64,000 nucleotides of DNA from a virus: positions 42,532 to 106,531 of IMG/VR virus record IMGVR_UViG_3300030099_007414. One strand, written 5' to 3'. Shown here one piece after another: positions 1-8,910 of this stretch. A model generated the notes under the pieces. The model saw only the letters and a program-made list of their open reading frames with translations, was not told where the DNA came from and did no database searches. A program made the translations under genes and the position numbers. How positions within the stretch are numbered: the first letter of the stretch is position 1; the number at the start of each line of letters is the position of its first letter.

Positions 1-1056
1 GATTCCATAAGTACTCTCTTCCGGTAGAGAGGCTGGATCAATTTCTGCATAACACATCATCTGATTTACCTCTTTTAATTCCCTAAAAAGATTAACTGTC
101 TTTTCATCATCGAAAGACCAGTTTTCGCCGTCGCCAGAGTAAAATGTGTATATGTTCCAGCTGGAGGGGTGATATCTTTTAGAAATAATATCTTTAGTTA
201 GCTGCAGGGCCGAAGACATTACAGTTCCCCCCATGGTTCCTCTCTTAAAGAAATCGTCTTCATTTACCTCTTTGGCATCAGTCGAGTGGGAAATAAATAC
301 CACCTCAACATTGTCATATTTATATCTCAAAAACTGATAGAGTAGGAAATAGAAGCTTCGAGCCATGTACTTTTTTTCTTTGCCCATTGAGCCGGATACA
401 TCCATCACAAAGAAGATGACAGCAGAATTGTTTTCTTGCGGCTTTAATTTTGTGTGCTTATATTTTAAGTCGTCCTCGTGGAAGGGGAATCTCTCTCCAG
501 AGTCGGGATCAAAAGCTCCGGAGGCGATAGCCATCTTTTTCCTTCTAATCTTTCTCTTGATTGTCTCTTTTTTCGACAACCTAGATCTCATACCTTTCTT
601 CCTAAAACCGCTTCTCTTTGGTTTGTGACTTTTTATAAGTCTAAATCTCTTTTTTTCTAGGTCGGGCAGTTCTAAATCTTGGAAAAGATATTCGGCTAAT
701 TCGTCCAGAGTCACCTCTACATCGTAATACTCTTCTCCAGCTTTATCCGAACCCTTTTTTCCTTGGGCCTTTTGTTTTTGGCCACCTTTACGCAAAACTT
801 GGCCTCTTTTAATTTTTTTATCACCTGCAGATCCGGTTTTTTGATTCTTTTCGTTGTCTCCGTAGACAAAGTGGTATTCTTTGATACCCTTTACGGGTAT
901 TTTTATCTTCTTTTTACCATCTTGGCCAATAATAGACTCATCAGCAATGACGTCCCTTATGCCCTCTTTGATTGCTTTGTCGATTTTTTCTTTGTGCCGC
1001 TTTCTGTCTGCGGCTGAACGGTCTGCGGTAGACTTATGTTCCCTAAAAATACTCAA
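1..1056 (-). CDS. YeaH/YhbH family (DUF444) vWA-domain protein, 3'-truncated by window edge
   Basis: Not in ORF track because it has no stop inside the window. TTG at 1056-1054, frame open to position 1. Translation: MSIFREHKSTADRSAADRKRHKEKIDKAIKEGIRDVIADESIIGQDGKKKIKIPVKGIKEYHFVYG...SAVIFFVMDVSGSMGKEKKYMARSFYFLLYQFLRYKYDNVEVVFISHSTDAKEV...GGT...WNIYTFYSGDGENWSFD...MCYAEI. These are YhbH/YeaH motifs including the MIDAS DxSxS. Confidence 0.9.
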   Translation of the reverse strand, partial: MSIFREHKSTADRSAADRKRHKEKIDKAIKEGIRDVIADESIIGQDGKKKIKIPVKGIKEYHFVYGDNEKNQKTGSAGDKKIKRGQVLRKGGQKQKAQGKKGSDKAGEEYYDVEVTLDELAEYLFQDLELPDLEKKRFRLIKSHKPKRSGFRKKGMRSRLSKKETIKRKIRRKKMAIASGAFDPDSGERFPFHEDDLKYKHTKLKPQENNSAVIFFVMDVSGSMGKEKKYMARSFYFLLYQFLRYKYDNVEVVFISHSTDAKEVNEDDFFKRGTMGGTVMSSALQLTKDIISKRYHPSSWNIYTFYSGDGENWSFDDEKTVNLFRELKEVNQMMCYAEIDPASLPEESTYGI

Positions 1057-1057
1057 A

Positions 1058-1990
1058 CTAGCCTCCAAAGTGCGAAGTTATAGCAGAAAGGAATATTACT
1101 ATCAAACTATCTCCCGCCTCCAGTTCATAATTGCTTATAATCTGGTTGCCTTCGTTGATGTAAAAATCTCCAGAACCTTCTACAGTAGTAAGTAGTTGTA
1201 ACATACCGTTTAAGAACACCATAATGGTGTCTGCTTCGAGAACTTGCCCTTCGGGAATTGAGAAAAAATCATTAACACTGGTACCCGCTGCGACCGGTGC
1301 TGATAGAATACTTGGCGTAGTTGATCCCGAATCTTCTGCTCCATGAACTATTTTTGCGGCGGTGGTATATGGCGCTCCTTCTCCACTGCCACCGGACCCT
1401 CCGGAACCAGCCGACTCTCCGGCTTCATCCTCTGCTTCGGCGGCCGCAGTGCCGCTTATTTGGGCATTGGCGATGGCTGCATCTTGGATTCTAGTATCTA
1501 AAACTTCAAAATCTAGCAACCCTTTTCTAGTCCGAACACACTTAGCCATTATTTGGAAAAGGTGATCAACTTGGCCAAAAAGCGGCCTGTCTTCTGTCAA
1601 GGTGACAATTTCATAAAAAGTATGGCCATACTGAATATAATCACCCTCTCTCAGGTAAGTATCTTGATCCTCGTGCAATCTTCTTTCGTGGAATTTAACA
1701 TTTATGGTGTGCATCTTGTCTAAACCGAAATTTTCAGTTGTAGTTTCGATGGCTTCAAAATCAACCAAGACGTATACCCTTATTGGCGGCAAAAAGCATT
1801 TTTCTATAGCCTCTCCGTAGAGAGGGTGGAAATTGGTGTACTCCATGGAGACCGGCAAATAAAGAATTGGCTGACCGATAACTCTTTCGAGCAATTCATC
1901 GTTAACTTGCTTTACTAAATTTCTCTCTTTTTGTCCCAAAAATAAAGGAGGAGGGGGATTAGTTGGTCTTGTCCACTTGTTATTTGCCAT
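1058..1990 (-). CDS. Neck/head-closure protein (T4 gp14-like) with C-terminal linker and extra small beta domain
   Basis: HPLYGE..., FGLD..., REGDYIQYG..FYEI motifs typical of gp14-like head-closure proteins; follows the gp13- and gp15-like genes downstream of the capsid gene. Confidence 0.65.
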   Translation of the reverse strand: MANNKWTRPTNPPPPLFLGQKERNLVKQVNDELLERVIGQPILYLPVSMEYTNFHPLYGEAIEKCFLPPIRVYVLVDFEAIETTTENFGLDKMHTINVKFHERRLHEDQDTYLREGDYIQYGHTFYEIVTLTEDRPLFGQVDHLFQIMAKCVRTRKGLLDFEVLDTRIQDAAIANAQISGTAAAEAEDEAGESAGSGGSGGSGEGAPYTTAAKIVHGAEDSGSTTPSILSAPVAAGTSVNDFFSIPEGQVLEADTIMVFLNGMLQLLTTVEGSGDFYINEGNQIISNYELEAGDSLIVIFLSAITSHFGG

Positions 1991-2860
1991 TTAGTAGTCC
2001 TTTTTGTCTCCGAAAATCACTCTTTCTCTGACGATTATAATTTCTGCTGCTGATTCTCTAATTGTCATTTTTGGCTGCTCATCATTTTTGTCAGATCCCA
2101 TTAAATAGCCTAAAACTTTTAGATTGATAGAAGTCATGAACTTTCTTTCCTCATCGCTTAAATTAGAGATGTTGTTTTCTAATCCAAAGTCTCCATCAAC
2201 AAAACCCTCAAACCTATGTCCGTCGTTGGTAATAAAGAAATTGTTTATTTGGCCTGTGTAAGCCAAGAAGGGAGTCACGATTTCATTCATCTGCTGTTGA
2301 TACTCGGTGTTCACAGTGATCTTATAGTCCATAACCACATATGTGGGTAACGGCATTGTGATTGTCTCATAAACGGCTTTGTCGCTCTTATATGGATAGG
2401 TCTGTTGGCCAAACAATCTCTTGGCATCAGCGTTCTTAAAATTTGCTGTCTTTTCCTGTTGTAATCTTCGCGCTACCGTGATTGCTCCACCTTTTGCATC
2501 GTTTTGTCTAGGAATATTAGCCCATGCTACCCCTTTCATGTTGGGATCTTTTACTACTGATGTCCTCTCAATGCTGATAGCGGGAAGGGTAAACACGTCT
2601 TTATTTCTTAAATCTTTATTGTCCTTTATCTGAAAGGATCTTTCTGCCATGGACCAAATGAGAGGAACTTTTTTCCATCCTTCGTTGGTAGTGCAAAAAA
2701 TATTCAATTCATCATTTAGCCAATTAAATAAGGCGACGTCTACGGTCTCAATCGTAGATGGCATAAACTGAACTTCCCTTAGAGCGGGCTTCTCTTGCTT
2801 CACTTTTTCTTCTGGGAAGTACGGTCTGTAGCCATCATATTTTTCTTCTCTGCTGCTCAT
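1991..2860 (-). CDS. Tail terminator/sheath stabilizer (T4 gp15-like)
   Basis: KVPLIW..ER, LPAISIER, P.YV.MDY.I...T.YQQQMNEI motifs; neck-gene context. Confidence 0.65.
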   Translation of the reverse strand: MSSREEKYDGYRPYFPEEKVKQEKPALREVQFMPSTIETVDVALFNWLNDELNIFCTTNEGWKKVPLIWSMAERSFQIKDNKDLRNKDVFTLPAISIERTSVVKDPNMKGVAWANIPRQNDAKGGAITVARRLQQEKTANFKNADAKRLFGQQTYPYKSDKAVYETITMPLPTYVVMDYKITVNTEYQQQMNEIVTPFLAYTGQINNFFITNDGHRFEGFVDGDFGLENNISNLSDEERKFMTSINLKVLGYLMGSDKNDEQPKMTIRESAAEIIIVRERVIFGDKKDY

Positions 2861-2864
2861 ATTT

Positions 2865-4133
2865 TTATCCTTGGAAAATAATCAGAGGAACGCGCTTTTG
2901 AACGTCGTTAGTAGCATCTGATTTTTCAGCGTCCTTTTTAGATAGTTCAACATATGTTAATTCATCCAAAATAGTCTTAAGCTCTTCTCTAAGCTTTTCC
3001 TGCTCCTCTTTTGCCTGACTAAGCAGCGTGTCAGCATTCAAGTTAACCGCTTCACCGGGAATGGGGATGGTTTGAAACTTGCCGCGAATCTGGGCCAAAG
3101 TTTCTTTGGACAATGCTAAAGCGAAGCGTCGAATCCACTGCTTACCGATGGCGTTAATATTATCATAGGGAATATTATCAAAGGGAAGAGTGTTCATGTT
3201 ATTAATTCCACTAATTCCCGTGTCAGTGGTTCCTGTTTCTTCCCAAGCGTCTGGTATAATAGAGAAGTCCACCCACATAAACCTGTAATCGGACACAATG
3301 TCCGGAGCGGGAAAGATTCTCAAATGATTATCTTTAATCTCATAAGAATAGTGAGACAATCTGGTGTAGATGCTATCTTCGTAAGCCATGGCTTGGAGCT
3401 TGTTTTGCCAAGTTGGGACTAATTCAAAAGTAGAGTCGTCCGTATATTGTCCGTAATAGTTTAAATTACCTACCACATTCAATCCCCCAAAGTAGCCAAA
3501 GAATCTCCACATTGCATTTGGAGTTTTGTAGTAAACTTTCTTGATTATTACTCTCTTGTCTCCTACTATTCCGGCGTAGGCGGCGGCACCCCCGGAAGGG
3601 TCATTGCCAGATGCAGATGATCCGGAAATAATAGATTGTAAATCGTAATCTTGCTCGCCCTGCACTAAGTTAAATGATGCGGAATAAATAGGGATGGTGC
3701 CACCGATTCCAGCAGCAGTAGAATAGGCATCAGATATTCTGCGCTCTATCTCAAAGGAAACTCTAGGGAATTTAAGATTGACGTTTTCTGGACCAGTGAT
3801 TCTTTCACCTTCATGGTTAAAGGTTCCCGTAGTTTGTCCCAGTACATCTGATAAAATATTTTTTGATTGATGTAAGTTAACCAAATAACTGTATTCTAAT
3901 ACTGCCTCTTGATAATTGGCATAAACATTGCCCGTTTTTAATTCAATGTCTAGGACATCGCCACCAATCTTTTTGTAGGTATAGGCTACCTGATCTGCGG
4001 CACCGGATAAAAACTGTGGTGAATCAGAGTATACTTCCAATGGAAGTAAAGCAGCTACTTCAGTAACTGTCCCAGTAGCGGGCAAGATAGATTTGCTCAT
4101 CTGGCTAATGGGAGTTAAGGTTGGAAATGCCAT
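2865..4133 (-). CDS. Neck/head-tail adaptor protein (T4 gp13-like)
   Basis: GGDVLDIEL..., QWIRRFALALSKETLAQIRGKF..IPIPG..VNLNA..L..AKEE motif. Start moved to ATG 4133 (MAFPTL), which has an AGGAG SD. Confidence 0.75.
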   Translation of the reverse strand: MAFPTLTPISQMSKSILPATGTVTEVAALLPLEVYSDSPQFLSGAADQVAYTYKKIGGDVLDIELKTGNVYANYQEAVLEYSYLVNLHQSKNILSDVLGQTTGTFNHEGERITGPENVNLKFPRVSFEIERRISDAYSTAAGIGGTIPIYSASFNLVQGEQDYDLQSIISGSSASGNDPSGGAAAYAGIVGDKRVIIKKVYYKTPNAMWRFFGYFGGLNVVGNLNYYGQYTDDSTFELVPTWQNKLQAMAYEDSIYTRLSHYSYEIKDNHLRIFPAPDIVSDYRFMWVDFSIIPDAWEETGTTDTGISGINNMNTLPFDNIPYDNINAIGKQWIRRFALALSKETLAQIRGKFQTIPIPGEAVNLNADTLLSQAKEEQEKLREELKTILDELTYVELSKKDAEKSDATNDVQKRVPLIIFQG

Positions 4134-4153
4134 TATAAATTTTCTCCTAATTC

Positions 4154-4161
4154 TAAGTAGT
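4154..4161 (-). promoter_or_regulatory. Putative phage late promoter motif ACTACTTA upstream of the neck operon
   Basis: One of five intergenic ACTANTTA copies, located just downstream of the capsid terminator. Confidence 0.5.
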
Positions 4162-4170
4162 TTCCACAAG

Positions 4171-4202
4171 CACAAAACCCCCCCACAAAATGTGGGAGGG
4201 CC
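4171..4202 (-). terminator. Rho-independent terminator after the major capsid gene
   Basis: Minus strand CCCTCCCAC-ATTTT-GTGGGGGGG hairpin followed by TTTTGTG. Confidence 0.75.
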
Positions 4203-4232
4203 TTATTTGAGGTTAAAAACCTATAATACTGA

Positions 4233-5945
4233 TTATAGATCTTCTACGATAACGAGACCGTACATATCTGGACGAACCATCTTCTTCGCGTAGCGAGTCA
4301 TGACACCCTTACGTGGCACGAAGTCCTCTGTTCCGAAGATTGTTGGTGTCATCTGGAGCGGGACGTATGGTGCGTATACATATCCGCTTTCGAGGAATGA
4401 AGAACCTTTACGGCCAACCAAGACAACGTTTCTTGGGAAGTAAGGATCGACGTAAACGTCGAACTTCTTGCTCAAAGAGCCGACTTTAACTGCGCCGATT
4501 TCGCCGCGATCATCGTCGTGAGTAACGCTTCCACGGAATCCTGCAGTGAACTCAAGGATGTTAGCAACTTCTGGAGAACAAACTACGAAGTTAGCACCAC
4601 CTCTTAAGGTCTTGCGATGGATCTGTGCAGAAACATCATTAATGGTTTCAGCCAAGGTTTCATACCATTCTGAAACGTTACCAGTGAAGTCTGGGAATGC
4701 AACAACAGTTGTGCCGGGTGCAACACCGGTTCTACGGTTAACAAACTTACCGGGCAAACGTGACCAGTAAAGCTTTTCAGCTGTAGATCCTTTTACAAGG
4801 TCTTCAAGGATTTCTTGGTCGATTTCAAGAGCGATGTGCTCTGAAAGGATAGAAGTCAACTCAACTTCTGCATCCAAGTTATGGTATGCGTTCAAGTCTT
4901 GAGCCAATTCTGGTGTCCACTTAGCCTTAAGCTTCTTGGTCTTTGCTGTAACAGCAATAGAATCAACCTTGATGTCGATTTCAGGAATGTTTGGATTGTT
5001 TTCCAATCCCCAAGCAACATCACCTTCGATTGAACCAAGTGCGCCGCCATCGATGAAGTTATCATCAATTACGAATGAAGCAGTTGCGTGATTAACAAGA
5101 AGTGTTGCAAGGACACCCGGAGGGGTTGCGCCGGTTTGGTCTGCAGCGACAAGAACAATACTATCTGCCGTCGCAGGTGAATCAACAGTTAAGCGTCTGA
5201 CTTGAACAGGAAGATTGTTTCCTGCTGCGTCTTGACATGTAATGGTTACATAATCTTTGACGTTAAATTTCTCTGGAGCTGCAGTGAAAGTTGTAAGAGG
5301 AACTTCTACCATGGCAACAGTACAACTGTCTCCGAGGTCCGGATCGTATCTGATCAGGCCGTCGTTCAAGAGTGCTGGGACATTGAGGTTGGCGGTACCT
5401 GTCCATACACCACCGCTGGTGCGCTCTGCGTCGCCGGTTACAGCTGTCAACCATACCGCAGAACCAGTTGGAGAGGAGTAGCCGTTATTAAGAGCATAGA
5501 AACTCTCTTCCGCATTAGGTCCAGCAAGAGAAACGCCACCGGTAATTTGAGAGCCGACAACGCCACCGCCGTATACAGAATCACCTGCTTCAGAGCCGAG
5601 GCGGTCACGGTCAAGTTGGAAGTCCAAGAAGAAAATGAGGCCAGATGGCAAGCTCATTGGTTGAACTGAAACGAGATCATTTGCGATTAATCCGCCGAAA
5701 ACACGACGAACGATTGGGAATGCTACAGATGCGAAGCCTTCGACATCGCCACCTTGCATTGTAGAAGATTCACGAAGAAGCTCCTTAGCTTGATTTTCTA
5801 GAAGTGCAGCCATACCGTGACGATCACGGTCGTTAGTGATTCCTTCCAAAAGACCTGTCTTTTCCCACTTATTGAGAAGAGCAGCTCCTTCCTTGGAGAG
5901 ATCACGTCTAACAATGCCTTCTGTTAGTTTATTAATAATTGACAT
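4233..5945 (-). CDS. Major capsid protein (T4 gp23-like)
   Basis: FPIVRRVFGGLIANDLVSVQPMSLPSGLIF, AKTKKLKAKWTPELAQDL.AYH.LDAEVEL..ILSEHIALEIDQEI, GYVYAPYVPL, FVPRKGVMTRY; strong AAAGGAG SD. Confidence 0.97.
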   Translation of the reverse strand: MSIINKLTEGIVRRDLSKEGAALLNKWEKTGLLEGITNDRDRHGMAALLENQAKELLRESSTMQGGDVEGFASVAFPIVRRVFGGLIANDLVSVQPMSLPSGLIFFLDFQLDRDRLGSEAGDSVYGGGVVGSQITGGVSLAGPNAEESFYALNNGYSSPTGSAVWLTAVTGDAERTSGGVWTGTANLNVPALLNDGLIRYDPDLGDSCTVAMVEVPLTTFTAAPEKFNVKDYVTITCQDAAGNNLPVQVRRLTVDSPATADSIVLVAADQTGATPPGVLATLLVNHATASFVIDDNFIDGGALGSIEGDVAWGLENNPNIPEIDIKVDSIAVTAKTKKLKAKWTPELAQDLNAYHNLDAEVELTSILSEHIALEIDQEILEDLVKGSTAEKLYWSRLPGKFVNRRTGVAPGTTVVAFPDFTGNVSEWYETLAETINDVSAQIHRKTLRGGANFVVCSPEVANILEFTAGFRGSVTHDDDRGEIGAVKVGSLSKKFDVYVDPYFPRNVVLVGRKGSSFLESGYVYAPYVPLQMTPTIFGTEDFVPRKGVMTRYAKKMVRPDMYGLVIVEDL

Positions 5946-5965
5946 TTTAAAAATTCTCCTTTAAT

Positions 5966-6967
5966 TTATTTTAATTTTTTTATGCCAGCCAAAATCTGCA
6001 TTCTATCCGTTACGGGAGAACGCTTTTCTTTGGCTTCTCTTCTGGGTAAAGTGGCAGTAGGTCTTTCGATAGTCTCGCGGAGTGATTGTGGTCGTGCTTT
6101 ACCCGTTACACTACCCACTGCGCTTTCTAGAGTTTCGAAAATAACCTTTGCGTCATTAATTGAATCTGCATTTGACAAAGCTTCGACAATTTTTGATTTT
6201 TGTCGCTCATTCAAGGAGTTGTTTGTTAAAACTCGATTCGTGTATAAAAGTCTTGCGTTAGAAAGATTCACTCTATCGAATGATTCTTTTAACGTCTTAA
6301 GTGCTGCACTCATCTTTACAAGTTGCGCCTTCATTTCTGTGTTGTTTTCAGAAAGGCGTTCTCGTGCGGCTACTAGCTCCATGTTTTCCTCATGGGCTTT
6401 AGTCGCTGCCAATTGTGCTAATCTCATTTCTTCCTTATATCTCATGATATCTTCGGGAGTACCGGCCCAGCCGGATTTTTGAGGATCAATATCTACTACT
6501 AATTCTTCGATGATTTGCTCTAAAGCATCTACATCTACTTCTTCTTCCAAAGTTGCTTCGACTGGAACTGTTGCAACTTCATTATCCATAGCCAGAGAGG
6601 GTGCTTCCATGTCAACTTCCATATCAGCGGCCAATTCTTCGTGAGACTCTTGGTCTCCCATGAGGTCTCCTTCGGCTGCGGCTAAGGTTTCTGCCATGTC
6701 TTTTAGCTCTTCCATGCTAAGGACGATTTCTTGATCGGCAGAAACTGCGTCTACCTCCAAGCCCATTGGGATGCTATCCTGCAATGATTCAGATTCATCG
6801 CTTTCGATATCAGCAACAACCTCTTCCTCTTCTTGCTCTAAGAGAGATTCGACGGCCTCTTTAATGTCGCTTGAATATTTATTTAAAATTGCGGTTTCGG
6901 CATTTTTGATTGCTGCTTCTTTTAATGCAGTCGCATCAATGATTGCCTGTTCCAGTAGTGAAGACAT
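5966..6967 (-). CDS. Prohead core scaffold protein (gp22-like)
   Basis: Very acidic N-terminal half, coiled coil, NLSNARLLY..N motif, C-terminal RMQILAGI; directly upstream of the capsid gene. Confidence 0.75.
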   Translation of the reverse strand: MSSLLEQAIIDATALKEAAIKNAETAILNKYSSDIKEAVESLLEQEEEEVVADIESDESESLQDSIPMGLEVDAVSADQEIVLSMEELKDMAETLAAAEGDLMGDQESHEELAADMEVDMEAPSLAMDNEVATVPVEATLEEEVDVDALEQIIEELVVDIDPQKSGWAGTPEDIMRYKEEMRLAQLAATKAHEENMELVAARERLSENNTEMKAQLVKMSAALKTLKESFDRVNLSNARLLYTNRVLTNNSLNERQKSKIVEALSNADSINDAKVIFETLESAVGSVTGKARPQSLRETIERPTATLPRREAKEKRSPVTDRMQILAGIKKLK

Positions 6968-7003
6968 AGATAAACTCCTCTATAAAAAAAATTATCTCAA
7001 AAA

Positions 7004-7011
7004 TAAATAGT
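7004..7011 (-). promoter_or_regulatory. Putative late promoter motif ACTATTTA upstream of scaffold-capsid genes
   Basis: Intergenic ACTANTTA copy ~37 nt upstream of the scaffold start; AT-only inverted repeat at 7019-7043. Confidence 0.55.
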
Positions 7012-7062
7012 TTATTATTTTATAAAAAGACATATTTTATAAAGGTTAATTTGTTGCTAGTG

Positions 7063-7437
7063 CTATTCCGTAATGCCAGAACCGGTAAGTTCGAACATCT
7101 GACGGGCTTCAATTTGTGTCAAAGATGCGTAAACCCTAAATTTAGTGGGTGTAGAGGTTTCTACAAAGATCTCTTTACACTTAACATCTAAAGCGTTGGG
7201 TGATATAGTGGCAATGTTGCCCTCAATGGTGAATTTATTTGCAGTTGTGGCTGCTGTATGAAAATAAACATCGATAGACTTACCATTTTCAACGAAAAAT
7301 GAGACTTCTTTGGTGACAAGAGGGAATTCAATTTGCATAACGCCGTTAAGATTATCGGATCCCGTGACGAATGGCTGTCCTGATGCTTGATATGAGGCGG
7401 CATTTCCTATACCCGCTCTGTATTGATAAATTGACAT
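7063..7437 (-). CDS. Small hypothetical virion-associated protein
   Basis: 124-aa beta-rich ORF in the head cluster with its own ACTAATTA motif and GGAG SD. Confidence 0.6.
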   Translation of the reverse strand: MSIYQYRAGIGNAASYQASGQPFVTGSDNLNGVMQIEFPLVTKEVSFFVENGKSIDVYFHTAATTANKFTIEGNIATISPNALDVKCKEIFVETSTPTKFRVYASLTQIEARQMFELTGSGITE

Positions 7438-7461
7438 TTTATAAATGCTCCATTTTTCTTA

Positions 7462-7469
7462 TAATTAGT
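7462..7469 (-). promoter_or_regulatory. Putative late promoter motif ACTAATTA
   Basis: Intergenic ACTANTTA copy ~25 nt upstream of the 7437 start. Confidence 0.5.
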
Positions 7470-7476
7470 TATGATT

Positions 7477-7698
7477 TTATGAATTCTGCTCTTTTATTTT
7501 AAGCTTGTCTAAAACTCTTCGCCTTCTTTTGGCAGCTGCCCTTTTTTTGACAGAAGGTTTTTCGTAATAAGTATGTTCGCGGTACCTTTCAACAATGCGC
7601 TCCTTTTTACACTTTCTCATAAATCTCTTAATCATTCTCTGAACTGTATCTCGGTTGCCTCTTGGCTTTACTGATACATTCACTGCTTTTTTGGCCAT
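7477..7698 (-). CDS. rpsU: Phage-encoded 30S ribosomal protein bS21
   Basis: MAKKAVNVSVK..RMIKRFMRKCKKERIVERYREHTYYEKPSVKKRAAAKRRRR matches the bS21 signature (KRF.RK..K......R....YEKPS..R). Start ATG 7698 with GGAG SD. Confidence 0.92.
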   Translation of the reverse strand: MAKKAVNVSVKPRGNRDTVQRMIKRFMRKCKKERIVERYREHTYYEKPSVKKRAAAKRRRRVLDKLKIKEQNS

Positions 7699-7710
7699 AA
7701 TTAACTCCAA

Positions 7711-8133
7711 TTAAATCATTTTCTTCCAGTTGTGGCCACCGGCAATATTCATTAAGCCATTGATATCCACACCGGCATCGTTAGGGGCGTATGTTGACAA
7801 GGGGCTTTGTGGACTACCCTCCTTCTGCACTGACCCTCCGGAACTCAAAGGTTCGGTGTTGTCGAAGATGCCGGAAAATCCTCCTCCCAGCTGTTCTTCT
7901 AGCTTTCTTTTCTTTTCTTGCAGCGCTTGGCGAGCTTCTGCTTGAAGCTCTACTCTTTGTCGAGAAAAATCTTGTTGAGGAACCTCTTGTGTTTCGACAA
8001 TTTGTTCTCTCTGGCCCAGCCCTAGAGCAACTTCCTTAATGAGTCCCGATAAAACACCTTCTTCAAAGATTGCTTCTTTGATACATTCTTTTATTAAAGG
8101 TTTTAAAACTTTCTTTAGTTGATCTTTTTTCAT
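7711..8133 (-). CDS. Hypothetical protein (possible prohead core/internal protein)
   Basis: MKKDQLKKVLKPLIKECIKE N-terminus; head cluster; alternative start at 8142. Confidence 0.6.
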   Translation of the reverse strand: MKKDQLKKVLKPLIKECIKEAIFEEGVLSGLIKEVALGLGQREQIVETQEVPQQDFSRQRVELQAEARQALQEKKRKLEEQLGGGFSGIFDNTEPLSSGGSVQKEGSPQSPLSTYAPNDAGVDINGLMNIAGGHNWKKMI

Positions 8134-8149
8134 TTTTTTCACTTTGATT

Positions 8150-8908
8150 TTAAAGGATATTCTTCAAATCCGCTTCAAAGGATTTTTTAGTTGTCGCCAT
8201 ACGGTCGAGGAGATTGTCCTTTTCAAACTCAGACATCTGTTTAAATTCCTTAGAGTTGATGATTTTTTCTATTTTGGCAAATTCCGCCATGTCTTCCGAT
8301 TGGGCGACTTGTGTGAGAATTTCTTGAACTGCTTTATAAACGGACCCGATACGATGACCAAGCATAACAATTTGCTGGTCGCCCATCTTTTTATCTCGGT
8401 CGCCTTGGTCGCTTACATATTCAGAGTATTTTGTCATCTCTTTAAGGAATGGGGCTACGTCGCTGACAAGATTCCCAATAGTGTACCAAGCAGGGCGGTT
8501 TGCAACGTCCCTAACATTGTCTAGTATCATGTCCATGGCTGGTGGGACAGACTTTCCGCTGGCTTCTACCTCATCGATGGCATCTTGCACCGATGGCAAT
8601 TCAGACCTCTTTACAGATTTGCCAATTTTTTGAGCTATCATCGAGTAGGCTCTGCGTGACAATTCGGCTTTTTCAAGAAGCGAATAAGCTTGTGATGCTG
8701 CGCTTATTCGTTCTTCGATGTCCTTAACACCCATGGCATGACCACCAGTTAGTTTTGCCCCCATGCGTTTTAGGCCTCGTCTAAGGCCGCCGACGAACTC
8801 GTTCATCTCCTTGGGGGCTGAAAAATCACCCTCTTTCATAAAATTTCTAAAATTCTCAACAAGTAACTGATCTTTTTGATTACTTGCCCACTTTTTATCT
8901 TTGCTCAT
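8150..8908 (-). CDS. Hypothetical helical protein (possible internal head protein)
   Basis: 252-aa ORF with N-terminal QLLVENFRNFMKE, directly downstream of the prohead protease. Confidence 0.55.
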   Translation of the reverse strand: MSKDKKWASNQKDQLLVENFRNFMKEGDFSAPKEMNEFVGGLRRGLKRMGAKLTGGHAMGVKDIEERISAASQAYSLLEKAELSRRAYSMIAQKIGKSVKRSELPSVQDAIDEVEASGKSVPPAMDMILDNVRDVANRPAWYTIGNLVSDVAPFLKEMTKYSEYVSDQGDRDKKMGDQQIVMLGHRIGSVYKAVQEILTQVAQSEDMAEFAKIEKIINSKEFKQMSEFEKDNLLDRMATTKKSFEADLKNIL

Positions 8909-8910
8909 TT

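Noticed and set aside
7019-7043. AT-rich inverted repeats at 7019-7043 and 25106-25128 as terminators
   Set aside because: Stems are almost entirely A/T and too weak to call; noted only as context next to the late motif.
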